In this document: positions 18,205-28,416 of the stretch, piece after piece | How positions within the stretch are numbered: position 1 is the first letter of the stretch | How the letters are laid out: each line of letters starts with the position of its first letter | Source of the DNA: an uncultured Prevotellaceae bacterium | GTDB lineage: Bacteria > Bacteroidota > Bacteroidia > Bacteroidales > Bacteroidaceae | Direction: 5' to 3' | Length of the DNA stretch: 54,249 nucleotides | NCBI GenBank assembly: GCA_946626925.1 | Contig: CAMOVB010000001.1 | Location: 1-54,249 of the forward strand | The notes under the pieces: model-generated | The model's database searches: none | What the model was told of the DNA's origin: nothing | Seen by the model: the letters and a program-made list of their open reading frames with translations, nothing else | Program-made: the position numbers and the translations under genes

Positions 18205-20133
18205 ATGACTTTTTTTTACGACGTAATTGTGGTCGGCGCTGGACATGCAGGTTGTGAAGCTGCAGCAGCTGCCGCCAATCTTGGTGCTAAGACGTGTCTG
18301 ATAACAATGGACATGAACAAGATTGCTCAAATGTCCTGCAATCCTGCCGTAGGCGGAATTGCAAAGGGACAGATTGTGCGCGAGATTGATGCTTTGGGCG
18401 GACAGATGGGTATTGTTACCGATCGTTGTGCCCTACAATTCCGTATGCTCAACCGCTCTAAAGGTCCAGCAGTATGGAGTCCTCGAGCTCAATGTGACAG
18501 AGAAAAATTTATCTGGACATGGAGAGAGATTCTCGACAATACTCCAAATCTCAATATATGGCAAGACCAAGTAAAGGAAATTATCGTTGAAAACGACTCT
18601 GAAGGAGCCAAAGGTAAACAAAAGATAAAGGGTGTCCGTACAATTATGGATGCCGAATTCATCGCAAAAACTGTCATAATAACAGCAGGAACATTTCTGA
18701 ATGGCTTGATGCATATAGGCAGAACAAAAATTCCTGGAGGAAGATGTTCTGAACCTGCATCGCTGATGCTAACAGAAAGTATAAATGCCACAGGAATAAA
18801 GAACGGAAGAATGAAGACGGGAACTCCTGTAAGAATTGACAAAAGAAGCGTTGACTTCACAAAAATGGAAATTCAGGAAGGAGAAAACGATTTTCACAGT
18901 TTCTCGTATTCATCGACAGAAAGAAAGCTCAAGGCACTTCCTTGCTGGACATGTTACACCAACAAAGAAGTACACGACATACTCAGGTCTGGATTTGAAG
19001 ATTCACCTCTTTATAACGGACAAATACAGAGCATAGGTCCACGTTACTGTCCAAGCATAGAGACAAAGCTACACACATTCCCAGATAAGGACATGCACCA
19101 GTTGTTCTTGGAACCTGAAGGCGAATCCACCAATGAAATGTACTTGAACGGGTTCTCTTCTTCTCTTCCAATGGATGTACAGATAAACGCTCTACGAAAG
19201 ATAGAATGTTTCCGAAATCTACAAGTATATCGTCCAGGATATGCAATAGAATACGATTATTTCGATCCTACACAGCTAAAACATAATCTTGAGTCAAAGA
19301 TAGTAGAGAACTTATTTTTTGCAGGACAGGTAAACGGAACCACAGGTTATGAGGAAGCAGCTGGTCAGGGACTGATGGCAGGAATAAATGCAGCCATCAA
19401 TTCTTCAGAAGGCAAAATAAACAACGGAGAGCCATTTATACTCAAACGAAATGAGGCATACATAGGTGTTCTTATCGATGACCTCGTAACAAAAGGTGTG
19501 GATGAGCCATACCGTATGTTTACCTCAAGAGCTGAATACAGAATTCTTCTTCGACAAGATGATGCAGATATGCGTCTAACAGAGATGAGCTACAAGATAG
19601 GTCTTGCGAGCGAGGAACGCTATCAGAGAATGATGAAGAAAAAAGAAGCCATTAACGAACTCATCGGTTTTACAGAATCATTCTCACTAAAGCCTGCACT
19701 TATAAACGATGCACTCGATAAGATTGGCACTACCCCACTCCGACAAGGAATAAAACTTGCAGAACTTCTGGGTCGTCCACAAATCACAATAGAGAATATT
19801 CGCGGCAGTATAAACGCTTTCGAGAAGAAAATAAAAGAAATCTCAGACGTAATCAACGAAGAAAAATTGACGCAAGAGATTCTTGAAGCAACCGAGATAA
19901 ACATTAAATACAAGGGCTATATAGAGCGAGAGCAACAGATAGCAGAGAAGATGCTAAGACTGGAGAATATAAAGATTCAGGGCAAATTCGACTATCCTAA
20001 TCTCACACAGATTTCTATCGAAGCAAGACAAAAACTCGAAGCAATCAACCCTCTCACCCTTGCACAAGCATCACGTATTCCAGGTGTATCTCCATCGGAC
20101 ATAAATATAATGCTCGTACTCATGGGAAGATAG
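18205..20133 (+). CDS. mnmG: tRNA uridine 5-carboxymethylaminomethyl modification enzyme MnmG (GidA)
   Basis: FAD fold VIVVGAGHAGCEAA, full-length colinear MnmG sequence. The start codon abuts the preceding stop (TAAATG). Confidence 0.95.
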   Translation: MTFFYDVIVVGAGHAGCEAAAAAANLGAKTCLITMDMNKIAQMSCNPAVGGIAKGQIVREIDALGGQMGIVTDRCALQFRMLNRSKGPAVWSPRAQCDREKFIWTWREILDNTPNLNIWQDQVKEIIVENDSEGAKGKQKIKGVRTIMDAEFIAKTVIITAGTFLNGLMHIGRTKIPGGRCSEPASLMLTESINATGIKNGRMKTGTPVRIDKRSVDFTKMEIQEGENDFHSFSYSSTERKLKALPCWTCYTNKEVHDILRSGFEDSPLYNGQIQSIGPRYCPSIETKLHTFPDKDMHQLFLEPEGESTNEMYLNGFSSSLPMDVQINALRKIECFRNLQVYRPGYAIEYDYFDPTQLKHNLESKIVENLFFAGQVNGTTGYEEAAGQGLMAGINAAINSSEGKINNGEPFILKRNEAYIGVLIDDLVTKGVDEPYRMFTSRAEYRILLRQDDADMRLTEMSYKIGLASEERYQRMMKKKEAINELIGFTESFSLKPALINDALDKIGTTPLRQGIKLAELLGRPQITIENIRGSINAFEKKIKEISDVINEEKLTQEILEATEINIKYKGYIEREQQIAEKMLRLENIKIQGKFDYPNLTQISIEARQKLEAINPLTLAQASRIPGVSPSDINIMLVLMGR

Positions 20134-20166
20134 AGATTCCCGATAGAAACGAAGATTACAACAAAT

Positions 20167-20182
20167 GTTCCACGTGAAACAA
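20167..20182. other. parS: parS (ParB/Spo0J binding site), TGTTCCACGTGAAACA
   Basis: Exact 16/16 match to the widely conserved parS consensus tGTTNCACGTGAAACa. Intergenic, between mnmG and apt. Confidence 0.75.
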
Positions 20183-20243
20183 TTAAAGGTTTAGATATTT
20201 CATTTCAGCAAATTACAACAACAGAATTAAATAAAAACAGAAG

Positions 20244-20774
20244 ATGAACAATCAGTATCTTTTGGATAATTTGAGATGTATTCCAGATTTTCCAAAACCA
20301 GGAATTAACTTCCGTGACGTCACTACCCTCTTCAAGAACGCAAAGTGTCTTGAGATAATGGAAGAGGAAATGTACGAGCTCTATAAGCACAAGGGAATAA
20401 CCAAGGTAGTTGGTATAGAAAGCCGCGGATTCATCATGGGTTCAGCCATTGCGAGAAAGCTTAACGCAGGACTTGTCATGTGTCGAAAACCAGGTAAGCT
20501 CCCTGCAGAGACAATCAGAGAGACATATACAAAAGAATACGGCGAAGACACTATAGAGATTCATGCTGACTCTATTGAGCCAAATGACATCGTACTTATT
20601 CACGACGACCTTCTTGCAACAGGCGGAAGCCTCAAGGCAGCAATCAACCTTGTAAAGAAGTTCAACCCAAAGAAAATCTACGTAAACACAATCATCGAGA
20701 TTCGTGACGAAGGATTAAAAGGACGTGAATTCATCGGAGACGATGTAGAAATAACTACACTCATTAGAATATAA
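20244..20774 (+). CDS. apt: Adenine phosphoribosyltransferase
   Basis: PRPP-binding motif VLIHDDLLATGGS; size and overall sequence typical of Apt. Confidence 0.9.
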   Translation: MNNQYLLDNLRCIPDFPKPGINFRDVTTLFKNAKCLEIMEEEMYELYKHKGITKVVGIESRGFIMGSAIARKLNAGLVMCRKPGKLPAETIRETYTKEYGEDTIEIHADSIEPNDIVLIHDDLLATGGSLKAAINLVKKFNPKKIYVNTIIEIRDEGLKGREFIGDDVEITTLIRI

Positions 20775-20904
20775 AATTCAGACACTAACCATCTCTATAC
20801 ATTATGAGCTTTCAAATACATAGCCACAAACACTCATAACACGTATAGGGATGGTTAGAAACAATCATATAACTCACTTTAAATAACAAAGTTAGAAACA
20901 AATT

Positions 20905-20920
20905 GTTTCACGTGAAACAA
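20905..20920. other. parS: parS (ParB/Spo0J binding site), TGTTTCACGTGAAACA, core of a 22-bp perfect palindrome (20901-20922)
   Basis: Perfectly symmetric version of the parS consensus. It ends 14 bp before the uvrC ATG. Extra GAAACAA half-sites lie at 20895-20901 and 20868-20874. Confidence 0.75.
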
Positions 20921-20934
20921 TTATCAACCTTCTT

Positions 20935-22749
20935 ATGACAAAAAACGAGGAAAGAATAGCAAGACTCAAGAATATAGTTCTGAACATGCCAGAGTGTCCA
21001 GGGTGCTACCAATACTTTGACAAGGACAGAAACATAATCTATGTAGGTAAGGCGAAGAACCTTAAACGCAGAGTAAGCTCATACTTTCTTAAAACAGTAG
21101 ATAGAAGAAAGACACAAATACTCGTAAGTAAGATTGAAGATATAAACTATGTTATAGTACCAACAGATGAGGATGCACTCCTATTAGAAAACAGTCTCAT
21201 CAAAAAATTCAAACCTAAATATAACATTCTGCTAAAGGATGACAAGACCTACCCTTCAGTGTGTATAACAAACGAGACTTTCCCAAGAATATTCAAAACA
21301 AGGAATATCGACAAAAGACTCGGAACATACTACGGACCATTTTCGCACCAAGGTACATTAAATAACATGCTCACCCTGATTGACAAAATGTATAAGGTTA
21401 GAAAATGCCGTCTACCACTAACGATAGAAAATATAAACAAAGGCAAATACGATATCTGTCTTGAACATCATATAAAGAAATGCGACGCTCCATGTATAGG
21501 CAAACAAAGTCAAGAAGAATACATGGAGATGATTCTTGAAGTAAAAGAAATACTCAAAGGAAACACAAGAATCATCTGCGAAAAGATGCTTAAAAAGATG
21601 GAAGCACTCTCTGAAGAGCTGAAGTTTGAAGAAGCAATGGAGATAAAAAAGAAGTATGATATGGCTTTAGAGTTCTGCGAAAAAAGCGAAGTAATAGCAA
21701 ATACATACCATAACATAGATGTATTCTCCATAGACGATGAAGAGAAGAGCGCATTCATAAATTACCTGCACATCTCAAACGGATGTGTTAACCAAGCCTT
21801 CACATTCGAATATAAGAAACGAATGGAAGAAAGTGCAGAGGAAATCCTTGTACTCGGTATAGCAGAAATGCGAGAAAGATTTGGAAGTCACTCAAAGGAA
21901 ATAGTAGTCCCTTTTCCACTCGACATAGAGTTAAAGGACGTAACAATAACAGTTCCGACAAGAGGAGATAAGAAACACCTGCTTGAACTATCAAAAATGA
22001 ATGTAAGACAATACAGAATAGATAGCCTCAAACAAGCAGAGAAACTCAATCCTGAACAAAGAGCAACAAACATTCTAAAAGAATTACAAAGAAAACTTGG
22101 GCTTGAAAAGCTCCCTATGACAATAGAGTGTTTTGATAACTCAAACATATCAGGAAGTGATGCTGTAGCAGGATGTGTTGTATTCAAACAAGCAAAACCA
22201 GCGAAATCAGAATACAGGAAGTATAACATAAAAACTGTAGAAGGACCTGATGACTACGCATCAATGAGCGAAGTCGTTTATCGTCGTTATTCAAGAATTA
22301 TAAATGAGCAAGGAACCCTACCCGACTTAATCATAACAGATGGAGGTAAAGGGCAGATGGAAGTGGTAAGAAAGGTAATACAAGACAAACTACACATAGA
22401 TATTCCGATTGCAGGACTTGCCAAGGATAACAGACATAGGACTAACGAACTTTTGTTCGGATTTCCTCAGAAGACAATAGGAATAGAGATGGACTCTCCC
22501 CTATTCAAGTTCCTAACAAGAATACAGGACGAAGTACATAGGTTCGCTATAACATTCCACAGAGACAAACGAAGTAAGAGTCAAGTACAAAGCGAACTTG
22601 ACAATATAAAAGGAATAGGACCTGCGACGAAGACACTTCTCCTCAAGAACTTCAAGAGCGTAAAACGTATAAAGGAAGCATCATCAGAGGAAATAGAAAA
22701 AATCGTAGGAACATCCAAAGCAAAAATAATCAAAGAATATTTTACGTAA
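20935..22749 (+). CDS. uvrC: Excinuclease ABC subunit C
   Basis: N-terminal GIY-YIG (GCYQYFD...IIYVGKAKNLKRRVSSY), UvrBC-interaction and RNase H-like regions, C-terminal helix-hairpin-helix (IKGIGPATK). Confidence 0.95.
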   Translation: MTKNEERIARLKNIVLNMPECPGCYQYFDKDRNIIYVGKAKNLKRRVSSYFLKTVDRRKTQILVSKIEDINYVIVPTDEDALLLENSLIKKFKPKYNILLKDDKTYPSVCITNETFPRIFKTRNIDKRLGTYYGPFSHQGTLNNMLTLIDKMYKVRKCRLPLTIENINKGKYDICLEHHIKKCDAPCIGKQSQEEYMEMILEVKEILKGNTRIICEKMLKKMEALSEELKFEEAMEIKKKYDMALEFCEKSEVIANTYHNIDVFSIDDEEKSAFINYLHISNGCVNQAFTFEYKKRMEESAEEILVLGIAEMRERFGSHSKEIVVPFPLDIELKDVTITVPTRGDKKHLLELSKMNVRQYRIDSLKQAEKLNPEQRATNILKELQRKLGLEKLPMTIECFDNSNISGSDAVAGCVVFKQAKPAKSEYRKYNIKTVEGPDDYASMSEVVYRRYSRIINEQGTLPDLIITDGGKGQMEVVRKVIQDKLHIDIPIAGLAKDNRHRTNELLFGFPQKTIGIEMDSPLFKFLTRIQDEVHRFAITFHRDKRSKSQVQSELDNIKGIGPATKTLLLKNFKSVKRIKEASSEEIEKIVGTSKAKIIKEYFT

Positions 22750-22776
22750 ACGAAATATAATATTTATATTTGCAAA

Positions 22777-23229
22777 ATGAGAGCAGTAATACAAAGGGTA
22801 AGTCATGCCTCAGTAACGATTGACGGTTGCGTGAAGTCTAAGATTGGTCAAGGATTTCTCGTACTTGTAGGATGCGAAAATGCAGACACAGACGAAGACA
22901 TCACTTGGCTGAGTAAAAAGATAACAGGACTACGAGTATTTGATGATGAGAATGGCGTGATGAACAAATCAATAATTGACGTAAACGGAGAGATACTTGT
23001 AGTTTCACAATTCACTCTCTGGGCATCATACAAGAAAGGTAATCGGCCATCCTATCTAAGGGCAGGAAGTCATGAAATAATCGTCCCACTCTACGAGAAA
23101 TTCTGTAATGAACTAAGTCTCTTCCTCGGAAAAGAAATAGGAACAGGAGAATTCGGAGCTGACATGAAAGTAGAGTTGCTTAACGATGGTCCAGTTACAA
23201 TCTGTATGGACACAAAGAATAAAGAATAA
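22777..23229 (+). CDS. dtd: D-aminoacyl-tRNA deacylase
   Basis: MRAVIQRV..., SQFTL and NDGPVT motifs; 150 aa. Confidence 0.9.
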   Translation: MRAVIQRVSHASVTIDGCVKSKIGQGFLVLVGCENADTDEDITWLSKKITGLRVFDDENGVMNKSIIDVNGEILVVSQFTLWASYKKGNRPSYLRAGSHEIIVPLYEKFCNELSLFLGKEIGTGEFGADMKVELLNDGPVTICMDTKNKE

Positions 23230-23249
23230 TTCATTAAAAATATAGTAAA

Positions 23250-24131
23250 ATGAGTAAATACGAAGAAGCATTAAGTCAGTACAATACTGACCTTAACGAC
23301 GAGAAAGTAGCAGCAGAAGTAGCAAATCTTCTTGCAAAGCACCTCGAAGAGAATAATACAAAGGAGGTAAAGAAGTTCCTCTTCAACAGCGTGGAACTAA
23401 CAACCCTCAAGACAACTGACAGCGATGAGAGCGTACTCAAGTTCGTTGAGAAAGTAAACAAGTTTGATGACGATTATCCAGAATTGGGTCACGTAGCAAC
23501 AGTTTGCGTTTATCCTAACTATGCTAAGGTATGTCACGATACACTTGAGAACGAAGAGGTGGAAATAGCCTGTGTATCAGCATGTTTCCCATCAAGTCAG
23601 AGCTTTATAGAGGTAAAGGTAGCAGAAACAGCACTCGCTATCAAGGACGGAGCTACTGAGATAGACATAGTACAGTCTGTTGGAAAGTTCTTTTCTGGTG
23701 ATTATGAGACAGTTTGCGACGAAATCTCAGAACTTAAGGAAGTATGTGGTGACAAGAAGTTAAAGGTTATCCTCGAAACTGGTTGTCTCAAGACAGCAAG
23801 CAACATCAAGAAGGCATCTATACTCGCAATGTACGCTGGAGCTGACTACATCAAGACATCTACAGGTAAACTTGAACCAGCAGCTACTCCAGAAGCAGCA
23901 TACGTTATGTGTCAGGCAATCAAGGAGTACTATAACAAGACTGGTATTCAGATAGGATTCAAGCCTGCTGGAGGAATGAAGACAGTTGAGGATGCATTAA
24001 AGTACTACACTATCGTAAAGGAAGTTCTCGGTGAGAAATGGCTCACTAACCAGTATCTCCGACTCGGAACAAGCTCACTTGCTAACAAGCTTCTTTCAGA
24101 AATACTTGACAAAGAAATCAAGTTCTTCTAA
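23250..24131 (+). CDS. deoC: Deoxyribose-phosphate aldolase (long form)
   Basis: Schiff-base lysine context DYIKTSTGK and a GFKPAGG phosphate-binding loop; N-terminal extension. Confidence 0.8.
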   Translation: MSKYEEALSQYNTDLNDEKVAAEVANLLAKHLEENNTKEVKKFLFNSVELTTLKTTDSDESVLKFVEKVNKFDDDYPELGHVATVCVYPNYAKVCHDTLENEEVEIACVSACFPSSQSFIEVKVAETALAIKDGATEIDIVQSVGKFFSGDYETVCDEISELKEVCGDKKLKVILETGCLKTASNIKKASILAMYAGADYIKTSTGKLEPAATPEAAYVMCQAIKEYYNKTGIQIGFKPAGGMKTVEDALKYYTIVKEVLGEKWLTNQYLRLGTSSLANKLLSEILDKEIKFF

Positions 24132-24192
24132 TTAACATCAGATTAACAAGATGTTAAAAGATAGTTTATATTGTAATTATCTAATAAAAATA

Positions 24193-24222
24193 TTGGCTGG
24201 TTCTCTCACGAGAGCCAGCCAA
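24193..24222. terminator. Hairpin between convergent deoC and the polyprenyl synthase gene (bidirectional terminator candidate)
   Basis: ttggctggttctc-tcac-gagagccagccaa, a 13-bp stem with one mismatch, in an AT-rich context. Confidence 0.6.
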
Positions 24223-24247
24223 TTACATTCTAATTGATACGATGTTT

Positions 24248-25222
24248 TTAGAATGTCCTTCCAACTACAAAATCAATGTAATGGACGAGAGAAGATTTTA
24301 TATCTGAATCTGGATAAGTAGAAAGAATATCCTTAGCCTTATCCGCAAAATCATTCATAACCTTAACAGCGTAATCTATACCGCCATTCTCCTTCGTAAA
24401 ATCCACAAGAGCATCTATTTCATCCTGTGTCACTTCCCCACTCTTTACACGAAGAGCTATCTTCTTGAACGTTTCATCATTTGTTTTATTCAATGCGTAA
24501 ATGACAGGAAGAGTAATCTTGCCTTCCTTCATATCATTTCCAGTAGGTTTGCCAATTGAAGCATCTGAATAATAGTCGAAAATATCGTCACGAATCTGGA
24601 AACACATACCTATCAAACGACCAATCTCACGAAGATTATCAACATTATCCTTACTTGCATTTACAGACATTGCACCACCCTCTGTACATGCGGAGAAAAG
24701 AGCAGCAGTCTTGCCATATATAATGTCAAAATAGACATCTGTAGAGAATGATTCGTTCTGTACGTTGCTAAGCTGAAGAATCTCGCCAGAAGAGAGTTCC
24801 TGAGCAGCCTTGGATACAACCTCCACAAGGTGTGTATTACCCGTCTTAGAGGCGTTTATAAGGGCATTTGCAAGGATATAATCACCTACAAGTACTGCTA
24901 CCTTATTACCATACGAATTATTGATTGAGGGCTGTCCCCTTCTTTCGTCAGATTCATCTACAATATCATCATGCAGAAGACTCGCTGTGTGGAAAAACTC
25001 AAAGGTTGCAGCCGTATAAATCGTATTATCATTAACTTCACCAAGGAGTTTGGCCGTAAGAATAGTAAGAATAGGACGCATCATCTTGCCCTTGCGGGAA
25101 GAAACAGCAGAAAGTGCACTATTGAGAAGAGGATTGTCGTGTACAAGATATGAATCAAAAACATTCCTGTATTGACTCAACTCATTCTCTATCGGTTTCT
25201 TTATTTGCTGTAATATATCCAT
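24248..25222 (-). CDS. Polyprenyl diphosphate synthase (trans-isoprenyl, long-chain type)
   Basis: First and second Asp-rich motifs LLHDDIVDESDERRG and FQIRDDIFDY. ATG at 25222 is preferred over the TTG at 25243. Confidence 0.85.
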   Translation of the reverse strand: MDILQQIKKPIENELSQYRNVFDSYLVHDNPLLNSALSAVSSRKGKMMRPILTILTAKLLGEVNDNTIYTAATFEFFHTASLLHDDIVDESDERRGQPSINNSYGNKVAVLVGDYILANALINASKTGNTHLVEVVSKAAQELSSGEILQLSNVQNESFSTDVYFDIIYGKTAALFSACTEGGAMSVNASKDNVDNLREIGRLIGMCFQIRDDIFDYYSDASIGKPTGNDMKEGKITLPVIYALNKTNDETFKKIALRVKSGEVTQDEIDALVDFTKENGGIDYAVKVMNDFADKAKDILSTYPDSDIKSSLVHYIDFVVGRTF

Positions 25223-25240
25223 AATCTTAAATTTCCAATG

Positions 25241-25248
25241 CAAAGGTA
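25241..25248 (-). promoter_or_regulatory. Candidate Bacteroidota -7 box TACCTTTG for the polyprenyl synthase gene
   Basis: Matches TAnnTTTG on the minus strand, 19 bp upstream of the ATG. Confidence 0.4.
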
Positions 25249-25291
25249 ACTATTTCTTTACGAAATATACATTGATTTCAAATATTTTCCG

Positions 25292-25299
25292 TAAGTTTG
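25292..25299 (+). promoter_or_regulatory. Candidate Bacteroidota -7 box TAAGTTTG for polA
   Basis: Matches TAnnTTTG, 21 bp upstream of the polA ATG at 25320. Confidence 0.4.
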
Positions 25300-25319
25300 A
25301 ACAAAATTTAAGAATTAAA

Positions 25320-28118
25320 ATGAAAAAACTATTTTTACTTGATGCATACGCATTAATATATAGAGCATACTACGGCTTCATAAAGAACCCGAGAATCAAC
25401 AGCAAAGGACAGAATACCAGTGCTGTTCTCGGCTTTGTGAATACACTCGAAGAACTGCTATCAAAAGAAAGCATTGACTATATAGGAGTAGCGTTCGACC
25501 CACATGGCCCTACATTCCGTCATGAGTTCTTTGCACCGTATAAGGCTCAACGTGAGGAAACACCAGAAGGAATAAGGTTTGCCCTACCCTACATCAAGAA
25601 GATTCTCAACGCATATAACATACCTATCCTTGAAGTACAAGGATATGAGGCTGACGATGTCATCGGAACATTGGCAACAAAGGCATCAGAAATAGATGAC
25701 CTTGAAACATACATGATGACACCCGACAAGGACTATGCCCAACTTGTACGAAAGAATGTCAAGATGTATAAACCAAGACACGATGGCGGCTTCGACATCC
25801 TCGGAGTTGACGAGGTACTTGCCAAGTATGACCTCGAAAATACGAGTCAGGTCATCGACCTTCTCGGACTTATGGGTGATACAGCCGATAACTACCCAGG
25901 CTGTCCAGGTGTAGGTGAAAAGACCGCCGTCAAACTCATCAAACAGTTTGGCAGCACTGAGAACCTTCTCGAAAGATACAACGAGATAAAAGGTGCACTC
26001 AAGACAAAAGTCAGCGAACATATTGAGGACATCAAGATTTCAAGATTCCTCGCTGAAATAAAAACAGACGTTCCTATTGAACTCGATCTTGAAAATCTCA
26101 AACGTGAACCTGTCAATGAAAATGAACTCAAGACCATTTACGAGGAACTTGAGTTCCGAGCACTACTCAACAAACTTTTAGGAGTAAAAACATCTGAAAA
26201 AACATCAAAAAAATCAACTTCTAAAAAAGTACAGACAAATGACCTTTTTGGAGGTGATTTCTTTGCGACAGAGCAAGACAACGATAAAGAAATTCAAATT
26301 TCAACAAATCTCAAGGGCTTAAAAGATATAGAACACAAGTATTATCTTGTTGATAATGTCGAAGGATATGATAAAATAATTGCAAAAATCTTAACAGCAG
26401 GATTTGTTTCATTAGATACAGAAACAACAAGCAGGGAGGCAACAAGAGCAGAATTGGTCGGATTAAGCTTTTCTGTAGAAGAAAATGAAGCATTTTACAT
26501 TCCATGTCCTGAAAATAGAGAAGAGACACAAAAAATACTTGAGAAGTTCAAAGCAGTTTACGAAAATCCCAAAATATTAAAGATAGGACAAAACATCAAG
26601 TACGACATGATTGTCCTTTCAAATTATGGTATCGAACTCCAAGGAGAATTTTTCGACACCATGATTGCTCACTACATCATTTCACCAGAACTGCATCATA
26701 ACATGGATTACCTCGCTGAGATTTATCTTCAGTACAAAACAATCCACATTGATGAACTTATCGGAAGTGGCAAGAATCAGAAATCAATGCGACAGCTCAA
26801 ACCAGAAGAAGTGTATGAGTACGCAAGCGAAGATGCTGACGTGACACTCAAGCTTAAGAATATCCTTGCTAAGGAAATTGACGAAAAGGGTTTCACAAAA
26901 TTGTTTAAGGAAATAGAAATGCCACTCGTTCCTGTACTTGCACGCATGGAAATAGAAGGTGCACGTATTGACACTAATTCACTCAAGGAAACATCACGTC
27001 TCTTCACGGAGAAGATGAACGAGATTGAGAAGAGCATCCGTGAGACAGCAGGTGAAGAGATAAACATATCATCACCTAAGCAGATAGGTGAACTGCTGTT
27101 CGACAAACTTAAACTATCCGACAAGGCGAAGAAGACAAAGACCGGACAGTACGTGACATCAGAAGAAGTGCTGAACACACTCGTGGGCAAGCATCCTGTG
27201 GTACAGCAGATACTCGACTACAGAGGCTACAAGAAGCTTCTAAGCACATACATTGACGCACTTCCTGAACTTATAAATCCAAGGACAGGCAAGATACATA
27301 CGTCATACAATCAGGCGGTAACAACAACAGGACGACTTAGTTCAAGCAATCCTAACCTACAGAACATCCCTATCAGGGACGAGAATGGAAAAGAAGTAAG
27401 AAAAGCTTTCATTCCAGAACCAGGATGTGAGTTCTTTTCAGCAGACTACAGCCAGATAGAACTACGTCTTATGGCACATCTATGTGGTGACAAAAACATG
27501 GTTGAAGACTTCAATAGCGGACACGATATCCATCGTGCCACAGCAGCAAAAATCTTCAAGAAACCAATGGATGAGGTAACGTCAGATATGAGACGCATGG
27601 CAAAGACCGCAAATTTCGGCATTATTTACGGCATCAGCGCCTTTGGACTTGCCGAACGTATGAATGTAAGTAGAACCGAAGCAAAGGGCCTTATAGACGA
27701 ATATTTCGCAACATATCCAGGCGTGAAGGAATACATGGATAAATCAATAGAGAAAGCGAGAGAAAAAGGCTTTACGGAGACTCTCTTCGGAAGACGATGC
27801 CAGTTGCCAGACATTAATTCACGAAATGCGGTAGTACGAGGATATGCAGAACGTAATGCTATCAACTCCCCTATCCAAGGTACGGCAGCAGATATCATCA
27901 AAATTGCGATGATAAACATTGACCGTCGAATAAGGGAGGAAGGTCTCAAGTCAAGAATGATTCTTCAGGTGCATGACGAATTGAACTTCACAGTAGTACC
28001 AGAAGAAAAGGAAAAACTTGAAGCTATCGTCAAACAGGAAATGGAAGGTGCCACTACCCTATCAGTTCCGCTCCTTGCTGAAAGCGGCTGGGGAAAGAAC
28101 TGGCTGGAGGCACATTAA
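25320..28118 (+). CDS. polA: DNA polymerase I
   Basis: 5'-nuclease N-terminus (LLDAYALIYRAYY), 3'-5' exonuclease motif (SLDTETTS), polymerase motifs A DYSQIELR, B RRMAKTANFGIIYG and C QVHDEL. ATG at 25320 is preferred. Confidence 0.95.
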   Translation: MKKLFLLDAYALIYRAYYGFIKNPRINSKGQNTSAVLGFVNTLEELLSKESIDYIGVAFDPHGPTFRHEFFAPYKAQREETPEGIRFALPYIKKILNAYNIPILEVQGYEADDVIGTLATKASEIDDLETYMMTPDKDYAQLVRKNVKMYKPRHDGGFDILGVDEVLAKYDLENTSQVIDLLGLMGDTADNYPGCPGVGEKTAVKLIKQFGSTENLLERYNEIKGALKTKVSEHIEDIKISRFLAEIKTDVPIELDLENLKREPVNENELKTIYEELEFRALLNKLLGVKTSEKTSKKSTSKKVQTNDLFGGDFFATEQDNDKEIQISTNLKGLKDIEHKYYLVDNVEGYDKIIAKILTAGFVSLDTETTSREATRAELVGLSFSVEENEAFYIPCPENREETQKILEKFKAVYENPKILKIGQNIKYDMIVLSNYGIELQGEFFDTMIAHYIISPELHHNMDYLAEIYLQYKTIHIDELIGSGKNQKSMRQLKPEEVYEYASEDADVTLKLKNILAKEIDEKGFTKLFKEIEMPLVPVLARMEIEGARIDTNSLKETSRLFTEKMNEIEKSIRETAGEEINISSPKQIGELLFDKLKLSDKAKKTKTGQYVTSEEVLNTLVGKHPVVQQILDYRGYKKLLSTYIDALPELINPRTGKIHTSYNQAVTTTGRLSSSNPNLQNIPIRDENGKEVRKAFIPEPGCEFFSADYSQIELRLMAHLCGDKNMVEDFNSGHDIHRATAAKIFKKPMDEVTSDMRRMAKTANFGIIYGISAFGLAERMNVSRTEAKGLIDEYFATYPGVKEYMDKSIEKAREKGFTETLFGRRCQLPDINSRNAVVRGYAERNAINSPIQGTAADIIKIAMINIDRRIREEGLKSRMILQVHDELNFTVVPEEKEKLEAIVKQEMEGATTLSVPLLAESGWGKNWLEAH

Positions 28119-28267
28119 CAATTAATAATTAATAATTCAAAATTCAGAATGCATAATTAGCTTCACTGAGTTCTTTCGAATTCAGAATTTACAATTAGGA
28201 TACTATATGCTGTAATCATAAGACCCACATCTTATGATGAAAAGATATATATCTGACAACATTTATA

Positions 28268-28327
28268 CCCATATCTCCCGACAATTAGATGTACATCTGC
28301 CGGACGGGAGATATGGGTTATTTTTTG
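28268..28327 (+). terminator. Rho-independent terminator candidate downstream of polA
   Basis: cccatatctcccg ... cgggagatatggg (13-bp perfect stem, long loop) followed by ttatttttt. Confidence 0.55.
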
Positions 28328-28416
28328 CAATATTATAATGAAAAAAGGAGTTAAGGCAAAAACGCCCTAACTCCCATATTGAAATTATTAAAAAACTATC
28401 AAATATGAATTGTGAA

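Noticed and set aside
28119-28416. Possible independent small RNA between polA and ybeY (hairpin atcataaga-cccaca-tcttatgat followed by a 13-bp-stem terminator)
   Set aside because: It is equally well explained as the polA 3' UTR and terminator plus repeat words. No promoter box was seen, so the evidence is too weak to call.
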